Shown here piece by piece: positions 10,225-20,346 of a stretch of DNA of 64,000 bases. The translations under genes and the position numbers were made by a program. The stretch comes from an uncultured Methanoregulaceae archaeon (lineage in GTDB: Archaea; Halobacteriota; Methanomicrobia; Methanomicrobiales; Methanospirillaceae), in NCBI GenBank assembly GCA_963737635.1, contig CAVTTL010000001.1, positions 1,856,001-1,920,000 of the forward strand. Direction: 5' to 3'. A model generated the notes under the pieces. That model ran no database searches. It was not told the DNA's origin and was given only the letters and a program-made list of their open reading frames with translations. Each line of letters begins with the position of its first letter. The stretch's first letter is position 1.

Positions 10225-10885
10225 ATGACCACACGCGATCAGGACAATGCAGTTCTGGACAGGATTATCGGGGAACGCCGTTCCCACCGGAAGTTTACCG
10301 GGGAGATCCCCCCGGATGAGATGATCGAAGGTATCATCCATGCCGGACTTCACGCCCCGTTTGCAGCATCGGCGATCGGGAATACATCGGATTACTTCCG
10401 GAGGTTTGTTGTGGTCCGGAAGGATTCAAAGGCCATGAAAGAGCTTATCCCGCTCGTTTTTAACGAAGTGGTCGCCATGTCTGGTACCCTGGAACGCGAA
10501 ACGGCAAAGAATCCCGGTCTCCAAAACAAGGCAGCATCCTTCATGAACCGTCTTGCGATGATCAAAAAGATGGGCATGGTACCGGGAGTCGGCACCGCTC
10601 CGTTTTATGTCGTCGCCGCGGAGAAGAAAGGATTTCCTCCTGTGGAGATGCAGTCCCTTGCACATTGCATGGAGAACATGTGGCTCAAAGGCTACAGCAC
10701 TTGGTCTTGGGTTCCAGATAGTCTCGGTCACGGCTCAGTTGGCTGAGAATTCCCGGTTCTGCCGGATCCTCGGGCTTGAACCCGGCAGATGGGCTCTTAT
10801 GGGGTGTGCTACAGGATATCCTGCCGAGACGTTGTCTCCGTCGATCAGGCCATCGGTAAGTGAAGTTACTGTATGGCTGGATTAA
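10225..10885 (+). CDS. nitroreductase family protein (frameshift near 10690)
   Basis: RRSHRKF, HAPFA, ENMWLK; continues ATALGLG...GCATGYP in the next frame. Confidence 0.85.
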
Positions 10886-11024
10886 GACTTTTTTAACATT
10901 TCACCCCGGAACCTTGTTTCCACTATCAAGGAAATTATATTCAAAAAGGGCTCAGGATCAATTCATTTTAAATTCAGGAAAATTTCAGAAAAATAGAGAG
11001 AAAACAATAAATGAACCCCTAAAA

Positions 11025-11108
11025 TTACTTCTTCTTCGGGGCTGCCTTCTTTACGGCGGGTTTTTTTGCTGGGGCCTTCTTTACGGCTGGTTTCTTTGCT
11101 GCAACCAT
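11025..11108 (-). CDS. 27-aa basic micro-protein MVAAKKPAVKKAPAKKPAVKKAAPKKK (histone-H1-tail-like)
   Basis: GGAGGTG Shine-Dalgarno about 9 nt before the ATG, AT-rich TATA-like box upstream (~11160), T-rich tract downstream, codon-level tandem repeat. Confidence 0.75.
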   Translation of the reverse strand: MVAAKKPAVKKAPAKKPAVKKAAPKKK

Positions 11109-11493
11109 TTTCAATCCACCTCCCACCGGAAAGGGTTATAATTCTCATTATTCTCTGAATTAATAAATATTTTGGTCAAAATGGTATTTTCCCGCATAGA
11201 AATGCTATAAATCGTCATTTTGTCCTGCGCAAAATGCGGGACTCCGGAATAGAACTGATTTTAAGAACGATTGGGAGCGAAATGCGCAATCATGGGAATA
11301 TGGTCCGGATTGTCAAAAAAGGAGCAGTGGGGTGCTCAATCAAGGTTGCAAGGTCATGGGGATTTTGCCGGAAACGATAATTTGCCTGACGTTTCTCCAA
11401 AATGACGCGCACATCTCTTCATCCCGGACAGCGTATTGTATATTGAAATATAAAAGAGAACATTAAAAACGTTTGTTGTTCCACTCCATACCC

Positions 11494-11862
11494 ATGAAGA
11501 AACCATTTGTCATTGGCGTGATTGGGGGTCTCCTTGGCATCGCAACTGCGGCATTCGTTATTTTTTCTTCAACGTCATCTGACGTGACCCTATCAGGTGT
11601 CCAGGATGCACTTTTTTCAAGCCTCGGCCTGATGGGTGCAGTGATCTCAAACAGCGAGACCCGGTTCGCCGGGTGGATGCTGATCTCATCCGTCGTGTGG
11701 ATTATTATATCGGTCCCGCTTGCCGGGTCGTCCAACTTGCTCGTATGGTACATACCCTCGGTCATTTTGCTCGGGATAGCGGCTGTACTCTGTTTTATGG
11801 AACCACAATCCGAGAATGCACCGTCAACCGAGGAGCCCTCTGACGTGGAAGAAGGAGACTAA
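11494..11862 (+). CDS. small membrane protein
   Basis: About four hydrophobic segments and an acidic tail; ATG at 11494. Confidence 0.7.
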   Translation: MKKPFVIGVIGGLLGIATAAFVIFSSTSSDVTLSGVQDALFSSLGLMGAVISNSETRFAGWMLISSVVWIIISVPLAGSSNLLVWYIPSVILLGIAAVLCFMEPQSENAPSTEEPSDVEEGD

Positions 11863-11967
11863 GACCTCTTTATTTTTATCGTGGCGGATTCCCGGCGAAA
11901 CGTTCCCGCCCCCACATTAAGGATTCAGGTCCGCAGGGCTCTCCCGTATGTTGAAAAGAAAATCGGG

Positions 11968-12318
11968 TTATGATTGTTTTTCGTCTTCGGCGTACGAAGG
12001 CGGCATAACCGGAACGGATGAACGGCATACCACATCAGTAGCGATCCGGTTGAGGACAACAACAAGGACAAGCAGCAGGATCGCGGCAAACGCGAATTCC
12101 AGGTATTGCATTCCTCCCACGGTGAGCCACGCATAGATGCCATAACAGACCCCAGCAGCAGACACAAGTGTTATGGCAAGAATGCCGGCGCGCAGTCCGG
12201 TGAACGATCTGCTCCGGATATCCGGGAAGAGCAGCAGGCCTACCACGCTTATAGCGCCAAACCCGAGCGCTGCAAGAAGCAGGATGTACAAAAGCACGTC
12301 GAGTATCCATGCAATCAT
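11968..12318 (-). CDS. MnhG-like membrane protein
   Basis: GLLLFPDIRSR resembles MnhG GLLRFPD.YTR; three TM segments; ATGA-coupled to the mnhF-like gene. Confidence 0.55.
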   Translation of the reverse strand: MIAWILDVLLYILLLAALGFGAISVVGLLLFPDIRSRSFTGLRAGILAITLVSAAGVCYGIYAWLTVGGMQYLEFAFAAILLLVLVVVLNRIATDVVCRSSVPVMPPSYAEDEKQS

Positions 12319-12578
12319 GCCGTTGCACCCCGGGAAACCTGGGAGATACGGATAGTAACTGCAAACACGATGCATGCAAGCAGGCCGGCAATTAACGCTA
12401 TGATCAGGCTGCCGACAGATACGGTCAGGGCCAGTGCCCCTGTACAGGCGAGGGTGGCTGCTACATTGATCGCGATCAGACGGTCATTTAGTGTCGGTCC
12501 AGGAAGGATACGCAGTACTGCACAGAAGGCAAGAATGAAAAAAACGACTGCCGCAAAAAGCCAGATATCAATGGTCAT
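12315..12578 (-). CDS. monovalent cation/H+ antiporter subunit F-like protein
   Basis: RILPGPTLNDRLIAIN, the MnhF GPT..DR motif; three TM segments. Confidence 0.75.
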   Translation of the reverse strand: MTIDIWLFAAVVFFILAFCAVLRILPGPTLNDRLIAINVAATLACTGALALTVSVGSLIIALIAGLLACIVFAVTIRISQVSRGATA

Positions 12579-12776
12579 TATCGATCACACCCCAAAAATT
12601 TCCGGTATGCCCGGGTTTCCAGCGGCTCTCTCTCACAGTATCAAAGTGGTGGGGAGTACATATCAAATCTATCGCTCTTTCTCGGAGGGGTGCCGGTACA
12701 AACACCCCGTGAGTCTCCTCCGTAAAGAAAGACGGCGCTTACCATTTTATACGAACAAAGGCGTACAGATGAGGGA

Positions 12777-14189
12777 ATGCGCCTCTCTTATCTTGGCAGG
12801 ATCTTGCTGCGCTGGTGCGACCAGTGCCATACACCGGTGCTTGCAAAGATCTGTTCAGCGTGCGGTTCGGCAACCCGGGAAGTACCGCTTACCCCTCCCG
12901 GTGACGCACGACCGGCATTTCCAGCCGATGTCGCACTTATTAACACTATCTTTCAGGAGCACTTTGGCGCACCGCTCGTTCCCGAAGGGCATCTTGTCCT
13001 GTTAAACAAGGTCCCGGACACCGACCGGATGGAAGAGATCGTCATTGGTGGAGGCATCGCGGGTTCCATCCGGTATATCCCAAAGGAACGCCGTTGGGAA
13101 CCCATTCCGCGCCCCGAAGCCTGCAGCGTGTTCCGGCCACAAAAACGATGTGTTGTTGTAGACGACAGCGCCGTGCCGTTTATCCGCGATCAGGGGATGA
13201 GTGTTCTCCGGCCCGGGCTTGATTTCGTCGATGATGAGGTACGGAAGGGGGATGAGGTTTTTGTCCTCACTAAAACTGGGGAATGTATTGCGGTAGGAAG
13301 GGCAAAAGTCGGGGCGGAGGAAGCCCGGGCGATGCTGAAAGGGCAGATTGTGAGAAATCGTAAAAATGTTCCTTCAACCATCGTGCCAGGGAAAGCCACA
13401 TGGCAGGATGCGGTCCGGTCAAATGCCGAAGTAATATCTCGTGCGGAAGACGAGGCGGTCCGGTTTGTACAGTCTGTTGCTGCCGCGTATCCTCTCAAGC
13501 CTACCATCTCGTACTCCGGAGGAAAAGACAGCCTGGCGACCCTGCTCGTGGTAAGAAAAGCGCTCGGTAGCGTTCCCCTGCTTTTCGCCGATACCGGGTT
13601 GGAATTCCCGGAGACCTACGAGAATGTGGCGGTAGTCCAGCAGAAATACCAGGTAGAACTCATCCGGACCGCCACCTCCAGTACATTTTTTGCTACCCTT
13701 GCCCGGCAGGGACCTCCGGCGGTCAACGCGCGCTGGTGCTGCAGCGTCTGCAAGCTCATTCCAATCGCAGAGACCATCCGTTCAACGTGGGGAGAGTGCC
13801 TCTCTTTTATCGGGCAGCGCCGGTACGAATCTCTTTCACGCTCAGAAAGCGATCGGGTCTGGAAAAACCCGACCGTAAAAGTTCAGGTCTCTGCTGCGCC
13901 GATTCAGGAATGGACTGCACTTCATGTGTGGCTGTACCTTTTCAGGGAAGAAGCACCCTATAACCGGCTCTACGAGCGCCGGCTCGATCGGATCGGATGT
14001 TTCATGTGCCCGTCCAGTGATATGGCATTGATCCACATGATCGAGACCGAGTTTCCCGGCCTCTGGAGCGGGTGGAGAGAACACCTCGAAACATGGCGCA
14101 AAGGAGAGGATCTGCCGACTGACTGGATCGAGAGCGGGGCATGGAGAATCCGGGAGGGGACGCATGGGAAAGAACATCACCATCATTGA
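12777..14189 (+). CDS. archaeal PUA-domain phosphoadenosine phosphosulfate reductase family protein
   Basis: N-terminal WCDQC...CSACG, PUA (LRPG..GDEV), PP-loop SYSGGKDS, WCCSVCK, RIGCFMCP. Confidence 0.88.
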   Translation: MRLSYLGRILLRWCDQCHTPVLAKICSACGSATREVPLTPPGDARPAFPADVALINTIFQEHFGAPLVPEGHLVLLNKVPDTDRMEEIVIGGGIAGSIRYIPKERRWEPIPRPEACSVFRPQKRCVVVDDSAVPFIRDQGMSVLRPGLDFVDDEVRKGDEVFVLTKTGECIAVGRAKVGAEEARAMLKGQIVRNRKNVPSTIVPGKATWQDAVRSNAEVISRAEDEAVRFVQSVAAAYPLKPTISYSGGKDSLATLLVVRKALGSVPLLFADTGLEFPETYENVAVVQQKYQVELIRTATSSTFFATLARQGPPAVNARWCCSVCKLIPIAETIRSTWGECLSFIGQRRYESLSRSESDRVWKNPTVKVQVSAAPIQEWTALHVWLYLFREEAPYNRLYERRLDRIGCFMCPSSDMALIHMIETEFPGLWSGWREHLETWRKGEDLPTDWIESGAWRIREGTHGKEHHHH

Positions 14190-14772
14190 TTATGGCCTTG
14201 GAAACCTGCGCAGCGTTATGCGGGGTATTGAGGCTGCCGGTGCACGGGCTGTCATTACGGGCGATGCCGAAGAGATTGCGGCGGCTGACGGCATTGTGCT
14301 GCCCGGCGTCGGTGCCTTTCACGAAGGAATGGAACAGCTGGGATCTATGAGGGAAACAGTGTGCGCTGCTACTAAAACCATCCCCCTCCTTGGCATCTGT
14401 CTTGGCATGCAGATGCTCATGGATTCAAGCGAGGAGCACGGGCTGCACCAGGGACTTGGCCTTATTCCGGGCAGTGTCCGCCGGTTCCCCATTGTTCCTG
14501 GCGCCAAGGTTCCGCACATGGGCTGGAATACCATACGGCTTACAAAAGAGGATAACCCACTTTTTTCCGGTCTCCCCCGGGAGGCATATGTATATTTCGT
14601 TCATTCCTACTATGCGGATACAACTCCCCAGTACACGCTCACTTTGACGGAATACATTCTCCCCTTTGCCTCATCTATCGTCAAGGACAAGGTATACGGT
14701 GTCCAGTTCCATCCGGAAAAGAGCGGGACCGTCGGGTTGCAGTTGCTTAAAAATTTTATCGATCTGGTCTGA
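14164..14772 (+). CDS. hisH: imidazole glycerol phosphate synthase glutaminase subunit
   Basis: IDYGLGNLRSV, LPGVGAF, GICLGMQ, YFVHSY, QFHPEKS. Confidence 0.97.
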   Translation: MGKNITIIDYGLGNLRSVMRGIEAAGARAVITGDAEEIAAADGIVLPGVGAFHEGMEQLGSMRETVCAATKTIPLLGICLGMQMLMDSSEEHGLHQGLGLIPGSVRRFPIVPGAKVPHMGWNTIRLTKEDNPLFSGLPREAYVYFVHSYYADTTPQYTLTLTEYILPFASSIVKDKVYGVQFHPEKSGTVGLQLLKNFIDLV

Positions 14773-14864
14773 GGACCTCGCATATCATCGCCCCACAGAT
14801 TTCCATGCAAGCTACTTCACCCATTTGGGAACCTTTTTAATTCCGGCGATTCGATCAATTAGAC

Positions 14865-15701
14865 ATGAAAAAGTTTCTTATCATCCTGCTCCTGCTATCG
14901 CTGTTTCTCGTAGGATCGGCATCAGCATATGGCATTTACCTGAACTGCACTCCACTCTCCATCCCGGTTGGCCAGACCATCAAATGTTCGGTCGATTCCG
15001 ACTTCCCGCCGGGGACCAGTTTTAATCTGGTTTTTTACCAGAAGCAGTATACCGCTACAGAAATCACCAGCCAGACGATGACGATCCAGCCAAACCAGCT
15101 CACCCAGTACGCGCTCTTTGATACTACCGGACTCAAAGGGGGCCAGTACGACGTGGAGATCCAGTGGAACGGTGCCGTACCTGCGATGCGTAGCGACTCA
15201 GTTTCAGGCCAGATTATCATGCTTACTGACCGCTCTGCAGATATCACGCTTACCTCTTCCACAACCCAGAACCTTGCTGATGCCCTAGTGATCTCCGGCA
15301 CACTCAAGAACGGAGGGAACAGCGGTATCCAGGTTCAGGTCGATGGCGAATCATCGGGCCGGGTATTTGGCCCACAATATATCCAGACGGTAGCAAATAT
15401 CCAGAACGGAGATGGTGTCTTTTCACAGACTGTGCCCGTAACCCAGCCTGACACCTATAATGTCAAGTTTTCCGATGCTAACGGTCTCATTACTACCGTC
15501 GCATACACGGTCGTTGCCCCGACAGTAGCAACCACCATACCCACGATTATAACCCCGCCCCCGGTCACCACCACTCCTACGGTGACCTACACACCTATCG
15601 TCCACCCCACAACACATGCGCCTCTGCCCTCGATTGTGGTTATCGGAGCGCTTGGCATTGGTGCGTTATATGCCATCAGGATAAGAAAAGACCGTAATTA
15701 A
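14865..15701 (+). CDS. secreted surface protein with Thr-rich linker and C-terminal TM anchor
   Basis: Signal peptide MKKFLIILLLL, T/P-rich stretch, APLP-TM-basic tail. Confidence 0.8.
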   Translation: MKKFLIILLLLSLFLVGSASAYGIYLNCTPLSIPVGQTIKCSVDSDFPPGTSFNLVFYQKQYTATEITSQTMTIQPNQLTQYALFDTTGLKGGQYDVEIQWNGAVPAMRSDSVSGQIIMLTDRSADITLTSSTTQNLADALVISGTLKNGGNSGIQVQVDGESSGRVFGPQYIQTVANIQNGDGVFSQTVPVTQPDTYNVKFSDANGLITTVAYTVVAPTVATTIPTIITPPPVTTTPTVTYTPIVHPTTHAPLPSIVVIGALGIGALYAIRIRKDRN

Positions 15702-15813
15702 ACCATCGATTTGTTTTTTTTCGCCGCAGCCGGTATATTAGCGGTGTAAAGAGTATCTCCGGATACCTTTTTTTCCGGTCAGGCCGGTAGCGCTATATCC
15801 CAACGGAAATTTT

Positions 15814-16413
15814 TCAGCGCCACTTCTTCCAGAGATAGGCCTCATAGCAGAGCAGGATAAAAATAACTAGGACCCCGCCGAGGAAGAAGGCAAGTGCAGG
15901 ATCAAGAGTCGCAGCCGGAACCACGGCAGTTTCCTGAAGGATGTTTGCACCGTACACCCCGGCTCCCGATCCCACACTGGGTGTCGCCATGGGTACTGCT
16001 TCGGATACAGCCCGCGAGGAAAGCGTGGGTGAAAGGGCAATGACAACAAGTGTCCCTGCAACAACGATCCCAAAGAGGGAGCTGTACTTAAGAAGAATGT
16101 CCCGGACATTGATATTTTTGGGGGCAACAATCAGGAGCCGGTCGCTTAGTGCGTATATCTTCACTTCACGCCCTTTAATACTGTACCGGGTTTCGGACAC
16201 GGTAATCAGACCGGCGTCGAGCAGGTTTTCTGTATGGTATTTTGCTGTGGTAAGAGGAATCCGGAGATGTTCGGTAATATCAGTGAGGCTTCGTGCACCG
16301 GCAGCAAGAAGGGTCAGGATGTCATTTGCGGTCTGGCTTGCCATGGCTTTTGCTATCTTTTGCGCACGTTCATCGCCCGGTTCCAGCACCACAACGTCGT
16401 CGGTCATATTCAC
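15814..16413 (-). CDS. ArsR-like wHTH protein with two C-terminal TM helices
   Basis: IAKAMASQTA..IL, LTTAKYHTENLLDAGLI, YSIKGREVKIY; overlaps the alaS stop. Confidence 0.8.
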   Translation of the reverse strand: MNMTDDVVVLEPGDERAQKIAKAMASQTANDILTLLAAGARSLTDITEHLRIPLTTAKYHTENLLDAGLITVSETRYSIKGREVKIYALSDRLLIVAPKNINVRDILLKYSSLFGIVVAGTLVVIALSPTLSSRAVSEAVPMATPSVGSGAGVYGANILQETAVVPAATLDPALAFFLGGVLVIFILLCYEAYLWKKWR

Positions 16414-19154
16414 TTCTTTTGCAGGGCTGCTATAATGCGTTCGCGCCCCACGTTCAGGGCAAGGTCCAGTTTATCTGCATCGGGCCCGCCGCCCTGTGCC
16501 ATCTGGGGTTTCCCGCCGCCTTTGCCGCCAAGAAGGCTGCACAGCTGCCCAATAATCTCACCCGCGTTTACCCGGGGGTCACCGGAGGCAAGCACGACCC
16601 GGGCGGTTTCACCCGGGGTGGCAAGAAGGGCGACACCCCCTTTTTCAGAAAGGGCTGTGGCGATCGTTGAAAGTTCGCGGGGAGCAAGATCGATGCGTTT
16701 GACAAAGACGGAAATCCCGCAGATAACTTCGGCGGGGATGGTCCTGAGTTCGAGTTCCACTAGTTTCTGGCTCATGCGTTCGATCTCTTTTTTCTGGTCT
16801 TTCCATTCGGTGAAGAACCTCAAGACTGTGGGAGGAAGGTTATCGAGCTGAACGGAGAGGACTTCCGCAGAGGCGGTGGCAAGCTGCTCCAGGTGCTGTG
16901 TATAATAGACCGCTGCCGTCCCCGCCGCAAACTCGATCCGTTCGATCCCGTCCTGGATATGCTCGACCCTGAGGATTTTGATCATCCCGATCTCCCCGGT
17001 GCTCCGGCAGTGGGTGCCCGCGCAGGCTTCGATATCACCGGCTACTTTCACTACCCGGATATCCTTTCCCTGAGGAACCCCTCCCTGGTACAGGGAAAAG
17101 CCGTATTCCTGTTCGGCTTTCGTACGGTTCTCAATAGAGATCTCGACCGGTTGGTTGGCCATCACCATCCGGTTTGCTGCAACTTCGATTTTGCGGAGCT
17201 CATCGGGGGTAATATGCTTGAAATGACGGATATCGATACGCGAGGTCTCGGGACCTTTCTGCGCACCGGACTGGTGGATATGGACGCCAAGAACCTCTTT
17301 TGCTGCGTGAAGGAGGATATGGGTAGCGGTGTGGTGACGCATCAGCGAGAACCGCCGTTCCTCATCAACCATGCCTTTCACCCGATCGCCACGCTGGAGG
17401 ACGCCGCCACTGATATGATGGAGAATGACCTCGCCTACTTTGAGGACATCGTCCACCCGGGCCATGCTCTCCGGCCCGACGAGGCTTCCGGTATCTGCAG
17501 GCTGTCCACCGCCCTCCGGGTAAAAGAGCGTCTGGTCAAGCACCGCGTACTCATCGAAGAAATCGATGACGATCGCCGCGAACTCGGTATCCCCGGGCTG
17601 CTCGTAATAGAGTTTCTTTGTCGGTGGAAGTCCGCTGACTCGATCCGCATACGCTGAGGTCTTGTCAACAACCGCCTCTTTCTTTGATTCAGAGTGCATA
17701 TCGGCAATCTGGGAATAGAAATTGTCTGGGAGATCGATCACTGCGCCTTCCTTTGTGGCGATGTCCTTGATCATCTCCGGGGGAATGCCATGGGAATCGT
17801 ACAGGGTAATAATCTCTGATAGAGGCACACGCTGGCTCTTTGCCTTGTACGTCTTTGCGACCTTCTGGACGATCCGGCTACCCCGGTCAAGCGTTACCGC
17901 GTACTTTTCCACCTCACGGTCAACAATCTCACGGACAACCGCAATATCCTGTGCGAACTTGGTTATGCCGATAATCTTCATCTGTTCTTCGATGAGATCA
18001 GCAAGCGTATCCTGCATCTTGAACTCATTCATCATCCGGAGTGTACGGCGGATGACAAGCCGGGCGAGGTATCCTTCCCGGACATTCGAGGGAACGATGC
18101 AGTCCCCGAGCATGTAGGCAAGGCACCGGGTATGGTCGACAATGGCGTACACCTTTTCGATGGGGGTAATCATCCGGTCGAGTTTTTCCGGTGAGATCTC
18201 GATGGCCGCCGCAACCTTCTTTCGCAGGTTAAAGAGGTTGGATCCTGAGATGTCCATCAGGCCGGCGAACTTCGCGTTCAATGCAAGGATCTTCGTATAG
18301 TCCTTGTTCTCAAGAAGGTGGGAGATACCTGCCGAGCTCATGACCCGGCTGACCATATCGGGGAAGACTGCATCATAGATGGTCGGGGATCCTTTCGATG
18401 CCCAGACAAGCCGCTCAAGCCCGTACCCGGTATCAACTATGCGGAGTTTCATCGGGTAATATTTCTCGCCATTGAGATCGTAGCCGGGGTGCTCGGTCTT
18501 CTGCCGGCCAAGGCTCATGAAGACAAGCGTCGCCACTTCGAGACCGCCAATCATAACTTCGACGCTCGGTCCTGCATTCCCGCCGCCGATCCATGGGTGC
18601 TCCTTGTACGTGACCTTGTTCAGGTCCCCACCGATTGACGAGAGGAACTGGTCGCACAGCTCGACAGTGCGGTCTTTCCAGTAGATCTCCTCGGTTGGCG
18701 TATTAAACGCGTGGTGGGCAAGCATTTCAAAGGTTGTCAGGTGCCGCCCTGACCTCCCGACCGAGTCAAGATCGTTGAGCCGTATACAAGGCTGGGAGAT
18801 AGTGAGAGGATTTGCCGGTGGGGGGACGATGCCTGCGGTCACGAACGGCTGGAAATCAGCGATGGATGCGATGGTCAGATAGATGTCGTCTCTCCAGCGG
18901 GCGACGACGGGGTACCGTTCGATCCGGGTATGGCCGTTTCTCTCAAAAAAGGAGAGATAGGCCTCCCGCATCTCGTCAACGGTATGGCAGGTAAATACGG
19001 GATTGCCGATGAATGAATAGGGTTCACAGGGTGCGTCCCCACAAACCTCGCGGGAACTGTCCCGGGTCCAAAAGGCGGAGCCACAGGATTTGCATATCTT
19101 CCGCATCAACCCTTCTTGCTTGAAATAGTCGAGCTGGTATTCTTCTTCGAGCAT
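16410..19154 (-). CDS. alaS: alanine--tRNA ligase
   Basis: MLEEEYQLDYF start, IASIADFQP, HLTTFEM, DTGYGLER, HHTATH editing motif, GGKGGG C-terminus. Confidence 0.98.
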   Translation of the reverse strand: MLEEEYQLDYFKQEGLMRKICKSCGSAFWTRDSSREVCGDAPCEPYSFIGNPVFTCHTVDEMREAYLSFFERNGHTRIERYPVVARWRDDIYLTIASIADFQPFVTAGIVPPPANPLTISQPCIRLNDLDSVGRSGRHLTTFEMLAHHAFNTPTEEIYWKDRTVELCDQFLSSIGGDLNKVTYKEHPWIGGGNAGPSVEVMIGGLEVATLVFMSLGRQKTEHPGYDLNGEKYYPMKLRIVDTGYGLERLVWASKGSPTIYDAVFPDMVSRVMSSAGISHLLENKDYTKILALNAKFAGLMDISGSNLFNLRKKVAAAIEISPEKLDRMITPIEKVYAIVDHTRCLAYMLGDCIVPSNVREGYLARLVIRRTLRMMNEFKMQDTLADLIEEQMKIIGITKFAQDIAVVREIVDREVEKYAVTLDRGSRIVQKVAKTYKAKSQRVPLSEIITLYDSHGIPPEMIKDIATKEGAVIDLPDNFYSQIADMHSESKKEAVVDKTSAYADRVSGLPPTKKLYYEQPGDTEFAAIVIDFFDEYAVLDQTLFYPEGGGQPADTGSLVGPESMARVDDVLKVGEVILHHISGGVLQRGDRVKGMVDEERRFSLMRHHTATHILLHAAKEVLGVHIHQSGAQKGPETSRIDIRHFKHITPDELRKIEVAANRMVMANQPVEISIENRTKAEQEYGFSLYQGGVPQGKDIRVVKVAGDIEACAGTHCRSTGEIGMIKILRVEHIQDGIERIEFAAGTAAVYYTQHLEQLATASAEVLSVQLDNLPPTVLRFFTEWKDQKKEIERMSQKLVELELRTIPAEVICGISVFVKRIDLAPRELSTIATALSEKGGVALLATPGETARVVLASGDPRVNAGEIIGQLCSLLGGKGGGKPQMAQGGGPDADKLDLALNVGRERIIAALQKK

Positions 19155-19557
19155 CAAACACACATCCATAGGATGGATATCGGGAATTTTCTGTACAATC
19201 GCAGACCAGTTCTGCCGGTGGGCTCGGATCGATCCGACGAGGCTGACAGGACAAGGCGCATCGTCCGGGGTACTGGTTTTCCGCTCATTCATCAATGATT
19301 GAGCCGCGAAGGGAAAAAGGGTTTGCGATAACACAGTGTTCCGGGCAGGGGTTGCTGATGGGCATTTTTTGCAGACTCCAAGGTAACAACGGGACCGGAT
19401 TTATCATTGTTCTATTACTATTCAGCGTGGAATCCACAGAAAAATGAAGCCTCATGCAAATTGTGATAAACGACGTAAACAAATCAAGTTACAAGAATCC
19501 TCATATTGAACAACGAACATAGATAGTTATATCATTGATTTTTAGTGATTGTTAACT

Positions 19558-19788
19558 ATGGAATCATATGATAGTTTCCTTAGGGCGCTTTTACTTGGTG
19601 TGCTTTTAGGTGGTGGCCTCAGCATGTTTGGAAATTTATGGGTTGATGCATTAGTGAATGGTGCAAGTCTGACCCAAATTCATCCGTTGGACGATTTGCG
19701 TTTTTTATTCATCGTAGGATTTGTTATTTGGTGTGCTGTTATCATCATGATCTGGAAAATGGTTTATCCGGATAACCCCAAAAAATGA
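19558..19788 (+). CDS. small two-TM hypothetical protein
   Basis: AT-rich ORF with two hydrophobic segments. Confidence 0.45.
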   Translation: MESYDSFLRALLLGVLLGGGLSMFGNLWVDALVNGASLTQIHPLDDLRFLFIVGFVIWCAVIIMIWKMVYPDNPKK

Positions 19789-20028
19789 CTAAAATTTATG
19801 AGTGGTTCTGCAAACAATGTTCGGATCCTATGCGGAAGTAGTAACTGAAAAAAAACTTTGAAAATCGATTATCTTGCCTTGATTTTTCCACCCTTTACCG
19901 AAAGATATCTCAGAGACCTTTGATGAATTCGTTCCGGGCGAAAGTGTTGTGCAGTCCAGTAAAGATTGCAGAGAGAACAAGCAGAACCATACCTAACAGC
20001 AAGCTGAGATTTCATAGATCTATAATCG

Positions 20029-20346
20029 CTAAATTTTCTCGGTTTCCTGGTACCATGTATCAACAGTCTCGAATTCCCCGGTTGTCTCGGCAATCCGGAC
20101 GGCGATGATGTGCCAGCAGGGTTTTTGCCGGTAGGCAAAATCCCGGCAGGTACAGATCCCTTCACAGACAACATAATTCCCAGAAGAGCCGGTTACCACA
20201 AAGAAGTCGAGGTATTTTTTTACCAGATGCCTTTCGATGGCGTCAAGTGCCTTCTTTCCCCGTGTGCTGTACTGTGCGAGAAGAGCTGCCCGGCTCTCGT
20301 CGTCCAGTACTTTTCTCTCGCAAAGCAGCTGCCAAGGATCGCTCAT
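20029..20346 (-). CDS. SWIM zinc finger protein
   Basis: CTCRDF...CWH motif. Confidence 0.85.
   Translation of the reverse strand: MSDPWQLLCERKVLDDESRAALLAQYSTRGKKALDAIERHLVKKYLDFFVVTGSSGNYVVCEGICTCRDFAYRQKPCWHIIAVRIAETTGEFETVDTWYQETEKI

Noticed and set aside
14164-14189. HHHH tail on the PAPS-reductase-like protein as a metal tag
   Set aside because: By-product of the overlap with the hisH start (NITII in the other frame).
19155-19334. 60-aa N-terminal extension of AlaRS
   Set aside because: Archaeal AlaRS similarity begins at MLEEEY (19154); the extension is longest-ORF read-back.
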